Assembly: GCA_030141605.1 (NCBI GenBank)
Contig: JAQGDQ010000051.1
Location: forward strand, 576,997-640,996
Length of the DNA: 64,000 bases
Direction: 5' to 3'
DNA from: Tubiluchus corallicola
Taxonomy: Eukaryota; Animalia; Priapulida
Below the pieces are notes generated by a model, which had not been told where the DNA came from, made no database searches, and saw nothing but the letters and a program-made list of their open reading frames with translations. Positions 46,562 to 60,200 of this stretch are shown in pieces. Positions within the stretch are counted from its first letter, which is position 1. Each line of letters opens with the position of its first letter. A program made the position numbers and the translations under genes.

Positions 46562-49500
46562 AAGTGTCCAGAAGATGTCTGCAGGCAACGTTATGCACAT
46601 TGTCAGAAGACACAGCCACAGGTGATATTAACATATCTGATGTATTTGGCCAAGAGACATATACTGACAGCCTCAACAAACTGTAAGGAAAACATCGCTG
46701 ATTGCAAGCATCAGATAAGTAGACATCTACAGGCAGTCTTAAACAGCTAGTCAGGAGGTATCTACTGTGAATCTCAAGTATCTGGCCAGAAGGCTTTTAC
46801 AGGTAATCTTAAGCGCCTGCTCAGAAGGTAGGCAATGTTGAGCACATTGTCAGAAGACATATAATCACTTACAATTATCTGGTCAGAAAAGATCTGCAGG
46901 TAATCTTTGGCAACTAGTGAGAACACATCTAATGACAATATCAAGTATCAGGTCAGAAGGCGTCTACAGATGATATTAACACATATGAAGTATTTGGCCA
47001 AGAGACATACATATCCTGCCAGCCTCAACAAACTGAAAGGAAATCATCTGTAATGAATTGCAAGCATCTGATAAGTAGACATCTACAGGCAGTCTTAAGC
47101 AGCTAGTCAGGAGGCATCTACCTTGAATCTCAAGTATCAGGCCAGAAAAGATCTACAGGTAATCTTAGGCAACTAGTGAGAAGGCATCTAATGACAATAT
47201 CAAGCATCAGGTTAGAAGGCGTCTACGGACGCTCTTAAGCATCAAGTCAGGAGGCTTCTGCTGTCAATATCAAGTATCAGCTCATAAGGCGTCTAAGGGG
47301 GATATTAACACATTTGAAGTATTTGGCCAGGAGACATGTACTGGCAGCCTCAATAAACTGTAAGGAAATCATCTGTAACGAATTGCAAGCATCTGATAAG
47401 TAAGCATGTACAAGCAGTCTTAAGTAGCTAGTTAGGAGGTATCTACTGTTGCTCTAAAGCTTTTGGCCAGAAGGCATCTACAAGCAACCTAAAGCAACCG
47501 CTCAGGACACATTTAGGGCGTTCTCAAACATTCCAGCAAAATGTCTACTGCCAACACCAAGTATCAGACCAGAAGACTTCTATAGACAATGTAAAGCATG
47601 TGGACAGAATACACCTACATGCAATAATATTAAGCTCTGGGCCAAACCAGATCTAAAGACACCATTAAACTTGGTCAGGAGACCATTACAATCAGCCTCA
47701 ATCATCTCCCAGGAAAACATCCATAGCTAATCGCAAGAACGCGTCCAGAAGACCTCTGCAGACAGCGTTATGCACATTGTCAGAAGACATACAACCACAG
47801 GTGATATTAACACATCTGATGTAATTGGCCAAGAGACATATACTGGCAGCCTCAACAAACTGTAAGGAAAACATCTATAACTGATTGCAAGCATCAGATA
47901 AGTAGACATCTACAGACAGTCTTAAACAGCTAGTCAGGAGGTATCTACTGTGAATCTCAAGTATCTGGCCAGAAGGCTTTTACGGGCGATATTACCCACC
48001 TGGCCAGAACACATCTACAGGCACTATAAATCTGGTCAGGAGACAATTACTGGCAGCCTCAATCATCTGTTAGGAAGGCAGCTGTAGCTAATCACAAGCA
48101 GCTAGCCAGGAGATATCCACTACCAATTGAAAGTATCTCGCCAGAAAAGTCCTACAGGTAATCTTAGGCACCTAGTGAGAAGACATCTAATGACAATATC
48201 AAGTCAGGCCAGAAGGCACCTACAGGCGCTCTTAAGCATCAAGTCGGGAGGTATCTGCTGTCAATATCAAGTGTCAGCTCAGAAGGCGTCTACAGGTGAT
48301 ATTAACACATCTGATGTATTTGGCCAAGAGATATATACTGGCAGCCTCAACAAACTGTAAGGAAAACATCGCTGATTGCAAGCATCAGATAAGTAGACAT
48401 CTACAGGCAGTCTTAAACAGCTAGTCAGGAGGTATCTACTGTGAATCTCAAGTATCTGGCCAGAAGGCTTTTACAGGTAATCTTAAGCGCCTGCTCAGAA
48501 GGTAGGCAATGTTGAGCACATTGTCAGAAGACATATAATCACTTACAATTATCTGGTCAGAAAAGATCTGCAGGTAATCTTTGGCAACTAGTGAGAACAC
48601 ATCTAATGACAATATCAAGTATCAGGTCAGAAGGCGTCTACAGATGATATTAACACATATGAAGTATTTGGCCAAGAGACATACATATCCTGCCAGCCTC
48701 AACAAACTGAAAGGAAATCATCTGTAATGAATTGCAAGCATCTGATAAGTAGACATCTACAGGCAGTCTTAAGCAGCTAGTCAGGAGGCATCTACCTTGA
48801 ATCTCAAGTATCAGGCCAGAAAAGATCTACAGGTAATCTTAGGCAACTAGTGAGAAGGCATCTAATGACAATATCAAGCATCAGGTTAGAAGGCGTCTAC
48901 GGACGCTCTTAAGCATCAAGTCAGGAGGCTTCTGCTGTCAATATCAAGTATCAGCTCATAAGGCGTCTAAGGGGGATATTAACACATTTGAAGTATTTGG
49001 CCAGGAGACATGTACTGGCAGCCTCAATAAACTGTAAGGAAATCATCTGTAACGAATTGCAAGCATCTGATAAGTAAGCATGTACAAGCAGTCTTAAGTA
49101 GCTAGTTAGGAGGTATCTACTGTTGCTCTAAAGCTTTTGGCCAGAAGGCATCTACAAGCAACCTAAAGCAACCGCTCAGGACACATTTAGGGCGTTCTCA
49201 AACATTCCAGCAAAATGTCTACTGCCAACACCAAGTATCAGACCAGAAGACTTCTATAGACAATGTAAAGCATGTGGACAGAATACACCTACATGCAATA
49301 ATATTAAGCTCTGGGCCAAACCAGATCTAAAGACACCATTAAACTTGGTCAGGAGACCATTACAATCAGCCTCAATCATCTCCCAGGAAAACATCCATAG
49401 CTAATCGCAAGAACGCGTCCAGAAGACCTCTGCAGACAGCGTTATGCACATTGTCAGAAGACATACAACCACAGGTGATATTAACACATCTGATGTAATT

Positions 49501-50525
49501 GGCCAAGAGACATATACTGGCAGCCTCAACAAACTGTAAGGAAAACATCTATAACTGATTGCAAGCATCAGATAAGTAGACATCTACAGACAGTCTTAAA
49601 CAGCTAGTCAGGAGGTATCTACTGTGAATCTCAAGTATCTGGCCAGAAGGCTTTTACGGGCGATATTACCCACCTGGCCAGAACACATCTACAGGCACTA
49701 TAAATCTGGTCAGGAGACAATTACTGGCAGCCTCAATCATCTGTTAGGAAGGCAGCTGTAGCTAATCACAAGCAGCTAGCCAGGAGATATCCACTACCAA
49801 TTGAAAGTATCTCGCCAGAAAAGTCCTACAGGTAATCTTAGGCACCTAGTGAGAAGACATCTAATGACAATATCAAGTCAGGCCAGAAGGCACCTACAGG
49901 CGCTCTTAAGCATCAAGTCGGGAGGTATCTGCTGTCAATATCAAGTGTCAGCTCAGAAGGCGTCTACAGGTGATATTAACACATCTGATGTATTTGGCCA
50001 AGAGATATATACTGGCAGCCTCAACAAACTGTAAGGAAAACATCTGTAACTAATTTCAAGCATTTGATAAGCAGACATGTACAGGCAGTCTAAAGCAGCT
50101 AGTCAGGAGGTATCTACTGTGAATCTCAAGTATCTGGCCAGAAAAGCCCTACAGGCACTCTCAAATGACTTGCCAGAAGACATATACAGACAACCAAAAG
50201 CAGCTGGACAGTATAGATGTAGAGCAATCTCAAGCATCTCAACAAAACATTTACTTCCATTAACAAGTCACCGACCAGAAAACTTCTACAGGCAATTTTG
50301 AGCACATTGTCAGAAGACATACAATCACTTACAATTATTTGGCCAGAAAAAGATCTACAGGTAATCTTAGGCAACTAGTGAGAAGACAGCTAATGACAAT
50401 ATCAAGCATCCGGTTAGAAGGCGTCTACGGACGCTTTTAAGCATCAAGACAGGAGGTTTCTGCTGTCAATATCAAGTATCAGCTCATAAGGCGTCTAAGG
50501 GGGATATTAACACATTTGAAGTATT
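46562..50525 (+). repeat. Satellite block A: diverged 35-bp monomers, ~349-bp intermediate repeat, 1674-bp higher-order repeat
   Basis: Monomers such as cagaaggcacctacaggcgctcttaagcatcaagt (35 nt); gatattaaca recurs at 46624, 46972 and 47321; 46621-48294 is near-identical to 48295-49968 (duplicate ORFs at 47727/49401 and 48127/49801). Confidence 0.95.
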
Positions 50526-51260
50526 TCCTCTGTCCAGATACTTGATATTACTCTAGCTGAGTTTTGACTAGATGTTGCTGCCTACATGTCTGATATTGTT
50601 CTAAGTGAGTTCTGACTAGAACACTCTGACTAGAGACTCTGACTAGATGTTTCGGGTTGTTTGTAGACGGGTGGGACTATTCTAAATGAGTTCTGGTTTG
50701 GTACTGCATTTTTGTCTATATATCTCAATAGATGAATAGAATTGTGTAGGTGTTAAATGTTTCAGGCAGCTCTAAGTGAGTTCTGATTAGGTGTTTCAGG
50801 ATTTCTGTCGATCTTAATAGGTTATATGCCTACAGACTTGATGTAGATGTTTTAGGTTGCGTATAGATACCGTATTGCCAAACGGCTGAGTTTTCCTACC
50901 TGATGCTTGAGTTTGGTCACTGATGACTTCTAAGAAGCTGATTGTGGCTTTCTGTGTATTTCCCTATTTATATGCTTAACATTGCCTGTAGACGTCTTCT
51001 GCCAGATACTAGAGATTTACAATCGAATTTCCTTTGTCCAGATGCTTGATTTACTCTAGCTTGATTACTCTAGCTGAGTTTTGACTAGATGTTTCTGCCT
51101 ACATGTCTGATTGCTCTAAGTGACTTTTGACTAGATGTTTCGGGTTGTTTGTAGATGTTTGGGACTGCTCTAAATGAGTTCTGGTTAGGTGTTTCAGGAT
51201 TTTTGTCGATCTCAACAGGCTATATGCCTACAGACTTGATGTAGATGTTTTAGGTTGCGT
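50526..51260 (-). repeat. Inverted segment of satellite B-type sequence
   Basis: ctagatgttt and ttgtttgtaga motifs are the reverse complement of aaacatctag and tctacaaacaa; abrupt composition switch at both ends. Confidence 0.92.
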
Positions 51261-54200
51261 ATCTACAAACAACCCGAAACATCTAGTCAGAACTCACTTA
51301 GAACAATATCAGACATGTAGGCAGCAACATCTAGTCAAAACTCAGCTAGAGTAATATCAAGTGTCTGGACAGAGGAAATTCTATTGTCAATGTCAAGTAT
51401 CTGGCTGAAGACGTCTACAGGCAATGTTAAGCATATGAATAGGGAAATACACAGAAAGCCTCTATTAGCATGTTAGAAGACACGTACGTCTAAGATCTAC
51501 AGAAATCCTGAAACACCTAACCAGAACTCATTTAGAGCAGTCCCAAACATATACAAACAACCCTGAACATCTAGTCGGAACTCACTTAGAGCAATCAGAC
51601 ATGTAGGCAGAAATATCTAGTCAAAATTCATGTAGAGCAGTCCCAAACATCTACAAGCAACCCGAAACATCTAGTCAGAAGTCACTTAGAGCAATATCAG
51701 ACATGTAGGCAGAAACATCTAGTCAAAACTCATCTAGAGTAAGATCCCAAACGTATTTGGACAGACCCGGAACATCTAGTCAGAGCTCACTGTAAATCAA
51801 TCAAGATATCTAGGCAGATGGCTTCTAGTCAAAACGCAATGTTAGAGCATTCCTGAACGTGGACAGTACAACCAGAAAGCATCTAGTCAGAAGTTAGCTT
51901 GGTAGAAGATCAGTCATGTAGGCACAAACATCTACGTCAAAACTCTGGTAGAGCAATACTCAAGCCGTTTGGCACATACGGATATTCTATATGTCAACCT
52001 AAAACATCTGACATCAAGTCGTGTACGGGCAATGATAACCTGTTAAGAATCGACAGAAATACACTGAAAGCACGCTAATCAGAGCTTCTTAGAAGACGCA
52101 TACATCTAAGCTCTACATGATAGGCAGAAACATCTAGTCAAAACTCATGTAGAGCATTCCCAAACATATACAAACAACCCAGAACATCTAGTCAAAAGTC
52201 ACTTAGAGCAATATCAGACATGTAGGCAGGAACATGTAGTCAAAACCCAGCTAGAGTAATATCAAGCATCTGGACATAGGAAATACTTCAAATAATGTCA
52301 GTCTCAAGTATCCCCCTTAGACGCCTTATAGAGGCAATGATAAGCATATGAATATTGACAGTACACAGAAAGCCTCACTGTACTTGATGCTTAAAAGACG
52401 TCCGTAGACGCCTTCTAACTCGGATGCATCTGATATTGATCATTCAGCTGTCTTGGTAAGACTGTATATATGCAATCTAAATGATCTACTAATACATCAT
52501 GTCTGAAGGCACTTCCTCTGAACCCAATAATCTGTTAAGAAATACAGGCATCCTGAAACATCTAGTCAGAACGCAGAGCAGTCCCAAACATCTACAAACA
52601 AACCGAAACATCTAGTCAGAGCTCACTTAGAGCAATCAGACATGTAGGCAGAAACATCTAGTCAAAACTCATGTAGAGCATTCCCAAACATATACAAACA
52701 ACCCAGAACATCTAGTCAAAAGTCACTTAGAGCAATCAGACATGTAGGCAGGAACATGTAGTCAGAAGACATTTAGAGCAGTCCCAAACATCTACAAACA
52801 ACCCGAAACATCTAGTCAAAACTCATCTAGAGTAACATCAAGTATTTGAACAGAGGAAATTCGATTGTCAATCTCAAGTATCTGGCAGAAGGCTTGTATA
52901 GGCAATGTTAAGCATCTGAACAGGGAAGTACACAGAAAGCCTCAATTAGCTTGTTAGAAGACACGTACACCTAAACTCAAGCATCTGGTAGGAAGATTCA
53001 ACCGTTTGGTAAGACTGTATATATGCAGTCTAAATGATCTAGTAATACATCAAGTCTGAAGGCACTTCCTCTGAACCCAATAATCTGTTAAGAAATACAG
53101 GCATCCTGAAACATCTAGTCAGAACGCAGAGCAGTCCCAAACATCTACAAACAAACCGAAACATCTAGTCAGAGCTCACTTAGAGCAATCAGACATGTAG
53201 GCAGAAACATCTAGTCAAAACTCGTTTAGAGCAGTCCCAAACATCTACAAACAACCCGAAACATCTAGTCAGAAGTCACTTAGAACAATATCAGAAATGT
53301 AGGCAGAAACATCTAGTCAAAACCCAGCTAGAGTAATATCAAGTATCTGGACATAGGAAATTCGATTGTCAATCTCAAGTATCTGGCAGAAGACGTCTAC
53401 GGGCAATGATAAGCATATGAATAGGGAAATACACAGAAAGCCGCAATTAGCTTCTTAGAAGACACATACATCTAAGCTCTACAGAAATCCTGAAACACCT
53501 AACCAGAACTCATTTAGAGCAGTCCCAAACATATACAAACAACCCGGAACATCTAGTCAGAAGTCACTTAGAGCAATATCAGGCATGTAGGCAGAAACAT
53601 CTAGTCAAAACTCAGCTAGAGTAATATCAAGTATCTAGACAAAGGAAATTCGATTGTCAATCTCAAGTATCTGGCAGAAGGCTTCTACAGGCAATGTTAA
53701 GCATATGAATAGGGAAGTACACAGAAAGCCTCAATTAGTTTGTTAGAAGACACGTACACCTAAACTCAAGCATCTGGTAGGAAGATTCAACCGTTTGGTA
53801 AGACTGTATATATGCAATCTAAATGATCTACTAATACATCATGTCTGAAGGCACTTCCTCTGAACCCAATAATCTGTTAAGAAATACAGGCATCCTGAAA
53901 CATCTAGTCAGAACGCAGAGCAGTCCCAAACATCTACAAACAAACCGAAACATCTAGTCAGAGCTCACTTAGAGCAATCAGACATGTAGGCAGAAACATC
54001 TAGTCAAAACTCGTTTAGAGCAGTCCCAAACATCTACAAACAACCCGAAACATCTAGTCAGAAGTCACTTAGAACAATATCAGAAATGTAGGCAGAAACA
54101 TCTAGTCAAAACCCAGCTAGAGTAATATCAAGCATCTGGACATAGGAAATTCGATTGTCAATCTCAAGTATCTGGCAGAAGACGTCTACGGGCAATGATA

Positions 54201-57200
54201 AGCATATGAATAGGGAAATACACAGAAAGCCGCAATTAGCTTCTTAGAAGACACATACATCTAAGCTCTACAGAAATCCTGAAACACCTAACCAGAACTC
54301 ATTTAGAGCAGTCCCAAACATATACAAACAACCCGGAACATCTAGTCAGAAGTCACTTAGAGCAATATCAGGCATGTAGGCAGAAATATCTAGTCAAAAC
54401 TCAGCTAGAGTAATATCAAGTATCTAGACAAAGGAAATTCGATTGTCAATCTCAAGTATCTGGCAGAAGGCTTCTACAGGCAATGTTAAGCATATGAATA
54501 GGGAAGTACACAGAAAGCCTCAATTAGTTTGTTAGAAGACACGTACACCTAAACTCAAGCATCTGGTAGGAAGATTCAACCGTTTGGTAAGACTGTATAT
54601 ATGCAATCTAAATGATCTACTAATACATCATGTCTGAAGGCACTTCCTCTGAACCCAATAATCTGTTAAGATATACAGGCATCCTGAAACATCTAGTCAG
54701 AACGCACTTAGAATAATCTCTAGCATCTAGACTGATAAAGTCTATTTCGAATCTCAGATACCTAACCAGACGACCTGTACAGGCAATGTTATACAATGAG
54801 AGAACACCTCTCATATCTAGTTAGAAGGCATCCACGTCCAATTCTATTAATTTACTAAGATATATAGACGAACTGCAGCATCTAGTCAAAACTCATTTAG
54901 AGCAGTCCCAAACATATACAAACAATCCGAATGTCAATCTCAAGCATCTGGCAGAAGACGTCTACGGGCAATGTTAAGCATATGAATAGGGAAATACACA
55001 GAAAGCCCCAATTAGCTTGTTAGAAGACACGCACATCTAAGATCTACAGAAATCCTGAAACACCTAACCAGAACTCATTTAGAGCAGTCCCAAACATATA
55101 CAAACAACCCGGAACATCTAGTCGGAACTCACTTAGAGCAATCAGACATGTAGGCAGAAACATCTAGTCAAAACTCATTTAGAGCAGTACCAAACATCTA
55201 CAAACAACCCGAAACATCTAGTCAGAAGTCACTTAGAACAATATCAGAAATGTAGGCAGAAACATCTAGTCAAAACCCAGCTAGAGTAATATCAAGCATC
55301 TGGACATAGGAAATTCGATTGTCAATCTCAAGTATCTGGCAGAAGGCTTCTACAGGCAATGTTAAGCATATGAATAGGGAAGTACACAGAAAGCCGCAAT
55401 TAGCTTCTTAGAAGACACATACATCTAAGCTCTACAGAAATCCTGAAACACCTAACCAGAACTCATTTAGAGCAGTCCCAAACATATACAAACAACCCGG
55501 AACATCTAGTCAGAAGTCACTTAGAGCAATATCAGGCATGTAGGCAGAAACATCTAGTCAAAACTCAGCTAGAGTAATATCAAGTATCTAGACAAAGGAA
55601 ATTCGATTGTCAATCTCAAGTATCTGGCAGAAGGCTTCTACAGGCAATGTTAAGCATATGAATAGGGAAGTACACAGAAAGCCTCAATTAGTTTGTTAGA
55701 AGACACGTACACCTAAACTCAAGCATCTGGTAGGAAGATTCAACCGTTTGGTAAGACTGTATATATGCAATCTAAATGATCTACTAATACATCATGTCTG
55801 AAGGCACTTCCTCTGAACCCAATAATCTGTTAAGAAATACAGGCATCCTGAAACATCTAGTCAGAACGCAGAGCAGTCCCAAACATCTACAAACAAACCG
55901 AAACATCTAGTCAGAGCTCACTTAGAGCAATCAGACATGTAGGCAGAAACATCTAGTCAAAACTCATGTAGAGCATTCCCAAACATATACAAACAACCCA
56001 GAACATCTAGTCAAAAGTCACTTAGAGCAATCAGACATGTAGGCAGGAACATGTAGTCAGAAGACATTTAGAGCAGTCCCAAACATCTAGTCAAAACTCA
56101 TCTAGAGTAACATCAAGTATTTGAACAGAGGAAATTCGATTGTCAATCTCAAGTATCTGGCAGAAGGCTTGTATAGGCAATGTTAAGCATCTGAACAGGG
56201 AAGTACACAGAAAGCCTCAATTAGCTTGTTAGAAGACACGTACACCTAAACTCAAGCATCTGGTAGGAAGATTCAACCGTTTGGTAAGACTGTATATATG
56301 CAGTCTAAATGATCTAGTAATACATCAAGTCTGAAGGCACTTCCTCTGAACCCAATAATCTGTTAAGAAATACAGGCATCCTGAAACATCTAGTCAGAAC
56401 GCAGAGCAGTCCCAAACATCTACAAACAAACCGAAACATCTAGTCAGAGCTCACTTAGAGCAATCAGACATGTAGGCAGAAACATCTAGTCAAAACTCGT
56501 TTAGAGCAGTCCCAAACATCTACAAACAACCCGAAACATCTAGTCAGAAGTCACTTAGAACAATATCAGAAATGTAGGCAGAAACATCTAGTCAAAACCC
56601 AGCTAGAGTAATATCAAGCATCTGGACATAGGAAATTCGATTGTCAATCTCAAGTATCTGGCAGAAGACGTCTACGGGCAATGATAAGCATATGAATAGG
56701 GAAATACACAGAAAGCCGCAATTAGCTTCTTAGAAGACACATACATCTAAGCTCTACAGAAATCCTGAAACACCTAACCAGAACTCATTTAGAGCAGTCC
56801 CAAACATATACAAACAACCCGGAACATCTAGTCAGAAGTCACTTAGAGCAATATCAGGCATGTAGGCAGAAACATCTAGTCAAAACTCAGCTAGAGTAAT
56901 ATCAAGTATCTAGACAAAGGAAATTCGATTGTCAATCTCAAGTATCTGGCAGAAGGCTTCTACAGGCAATGTTAAGCATATGAATAGGGAAGTACACAGA
57001 AAGCCTCAATTAGTTTGTTAGAAGACACGTACACCTAAACTCAAGCATCTGGTAGGAAGATTCAACCGTTTGGTAAGACTGTATATATGCAATCTAAATG
57101 ATCTACTAATACATCATGTCTGAAGGCACTTCCTCTGAACCCAATAATCTGTTAAGATATACAGGCATCCTGAAACATCTAGTCAGAACGCACTTAGAAT

Positions 57201-60200
57201 AATCTCTAGCATCTAGACTGATAAAGTCTATTTCGAATCTCAGATACCTAACCAGACGACCTGTACAGGCAATGTTATACAATGAGAGAACACCTCTCAT
57301 ATCTAGTTAGAAGGCATCCACGTCCAATTCTATTAATTTACTAAGATATATAGACGAACTGCAGCATCTAGTCAAAACTCAGCTAGAGTAATATCAAGCA
57401 TCTACAAAGAATTCGATTGTCAATCTCAAGTATCTGGCAGAAGGCTTCTACAGGCAATGTTAAGCATATGAATAGGGAAGTACACAGAAAGCCTCAATTA
57501 GTTTGTTAGAAGACACGTACACCTAAACTCAAGCATCTGGTAGGAAGATTCAACCGTTTGGTAAGACTGTATATATGCAATCTAAATGATCTACTAATAC
57601 ATCATGTCTGAAGGCACTTCCTCTGAACCCAATAATCTGTTAAGAAATACAGGCATCCTGAAACATCTAGTCAGAACGCAGAGCAGTCCCAAACATCTAC
57701 AAACAAACCGAAACATCTAGTCAGAGCTCACTTAGAGCAATCAGACATGTAGGCAGAAACATCTAGTCAAAACTCATGTAGAGCATTCCCAAACATATAC
57801 AAACAACCCAGAACATCTAGTCAAAAGTCACTTAGAGCAATCAGACATGTAGGCAGGAACATGTAGTCAGAAGACATTTAGAGCAGTCCCAAACATCTAC
57901 AAACAACCCGAAACATCTAGTCAAAACTCATCTAGAGTAACATCAAGTATTTGAACAGAGGAAATTCGATTGTCAATCTCAAGTATCTGGCAGAAGGCTT
58001 GTATAGGCAATGTTAAGCATCTGAACAGGGAAGTACACAGAAAGCCTCAATTAGCTTGTTAGAAGACACGTACACCTAAACTCAAGCATCTGGTAGGAAG
58101 ATTCAACCGTTTGGTAAGACTGTATATATGCAGTCTAAATGATCTAGTAATACATCAAGTCTGAAGGCACTTCCTCTGAACCCAATAATCTGTTAAGAAA
58201 TACAGGCATCCTGAAACATCTAGTCAGAACGCAGAGCAGTCCCAAACATCTACAAACAAACCGAAACATCTAGTCAGAGCTCACTTAGAGCAATCAGACA
58301 TGTAGGCAGAAACATCTAGTCAAAACTCGTTTAGAGCAGTCCCAAACATCTACAAACAACCCGAAACATCTAGTCAGAAGTCACTTAGAACAATATCAGA
58401 AATGTAGGCAGAAACATCTAGTCAAAACCCAGCTAGAGTAATATCAAGCATCTGGACATAGGAAATTCGATTGTCAATCTCAAGTATCTGGCAGAAGACG
58501 TCTACGGGCAATGTTAAGCATATGAATAGGGAAGTACACAGAAAGCCTCAATTAGTTTGTTAGAAGACACATACATCTAAGCTCTACAGAAATCCTGAAA
58601 CACCTAACCAGAACTCATTTAGAGCAGTCCCAAACATATACAAACAACCCGGAACATCTAGTCAGAAGTCACTTAGAGCAATATCAGGCATGTAGGCAGA
58701 AACATCTAGTCAAAACTCAGCTAGAGTAATATCAAGCATCTGGACATAGGAAATTCGATTGTCAATCTCAAGTATCTGGCAGAAGACGTCTACGGGCAAT
58801 GTTAAGCATATGAATAGGGAAGTACACAGAAAGCCTCAATTAGTTTGTTAGAAGACACGTACACCTAAACTCAAGCATCTGGTAGGAAGATTCAACCGTT
58901 TGGTAAGACTGTATATATGCAATCTAAATGATCTACTAATACATCATGTCTGAAGGCACTTCCTCTGAACCCAATAATCTGTTAAGAAATACAGGCATCC
59001 TGAAACATCTAGTCAGAACGCAGAGCAGTCCCAAACATCTACAAACAAACCGAAACATCTAGTCAGAGCTCACTTAGAGCAATCAGACATGTAGGCAGAA
59101 ACATCTAGTCAAAACTCGTTTAGAGCAGTCCCAAACATCTACAAACAACCCGAAACATCTAGTCAGAAGTCACTTAGAGCAATCAGACATGTAGGCAGGA
59201 ACATGTAGTCAGAAGACATTTAGAGCAGTCCCAAACATCTACAAACAACCCGAAACATCTAGTCAAAACTCATCTAGAGTAACATCAAGTATTTGAACAG
59301 AGGAAATTCGATTGTCAATCTCAAGTATCTGGCAGAAGGCTTGTATAGGCAATGTTAAGCATCTGAACAGGGAAGTACACAGAAAGCCTCAATTAGCTTG
59401 TTAGAAGACACGTACACCTAAACTCAAGCATCTGGTAGGAAGATTCAACCGTTTGGTAAGACTGTATATATGCAGTCTAAATGATCTAGTAATACATCAA
59501 GTCTGAAGGCACTTCCTCTGAACCCAATAATCTGTTAAGAAATACAGGCATCCTGAAACATCTAGTCAGAACGCAGAGCAGTCCCAAACATCTACAAACA
59601 AACCGAAACATCTAGTCAGAGCTCACTTAGAGCAATCAGACATGTAGGCAGAAACATCTAGTCAAAACTCGTTTAGAGCAGTCCCAAACATCTACAAACA
59701 ACCCGAAACATCTAGTCAGAAGTCACTTAGAACAATATCAGAAATGTAGGCAGAAACATCTAGTCAAAACCCAGCTAGAGTAATATCAAGCATCTGGACA
59801 TAGGAAATTCGATTGTCAATCTCAAGTATCTGGCAGAAGACGTCTACGGGCAATGATAAGCATATGAATAGGGAAATACACAGAAAGCCGCAATTAGCTT
59901 CTTAGAAGACACATACATCTAAGCTCTACAGAAATCCTGAAACACCTAACCAGAACTCATTTAGAGCAGTCCCAAACATATACAAACAACCCGGAACATC
60001 TAGTCAGAAGTCACTTAGAGCAATATCAGGCATGTAGGCAGAAACATCTAGTCAAAACTCAGCTAGAGTAATATCAAGTATCTAGACAAAGGAAATTCGA
60101 TTGTCAATCTCAAGTATCTGGCAGAAGGCTTCTACAGGCAATGTTAAGCATATGAATAGGGAAGTACACAGAAAGCCTCAATTAGTTTGTTAGAAGACAC

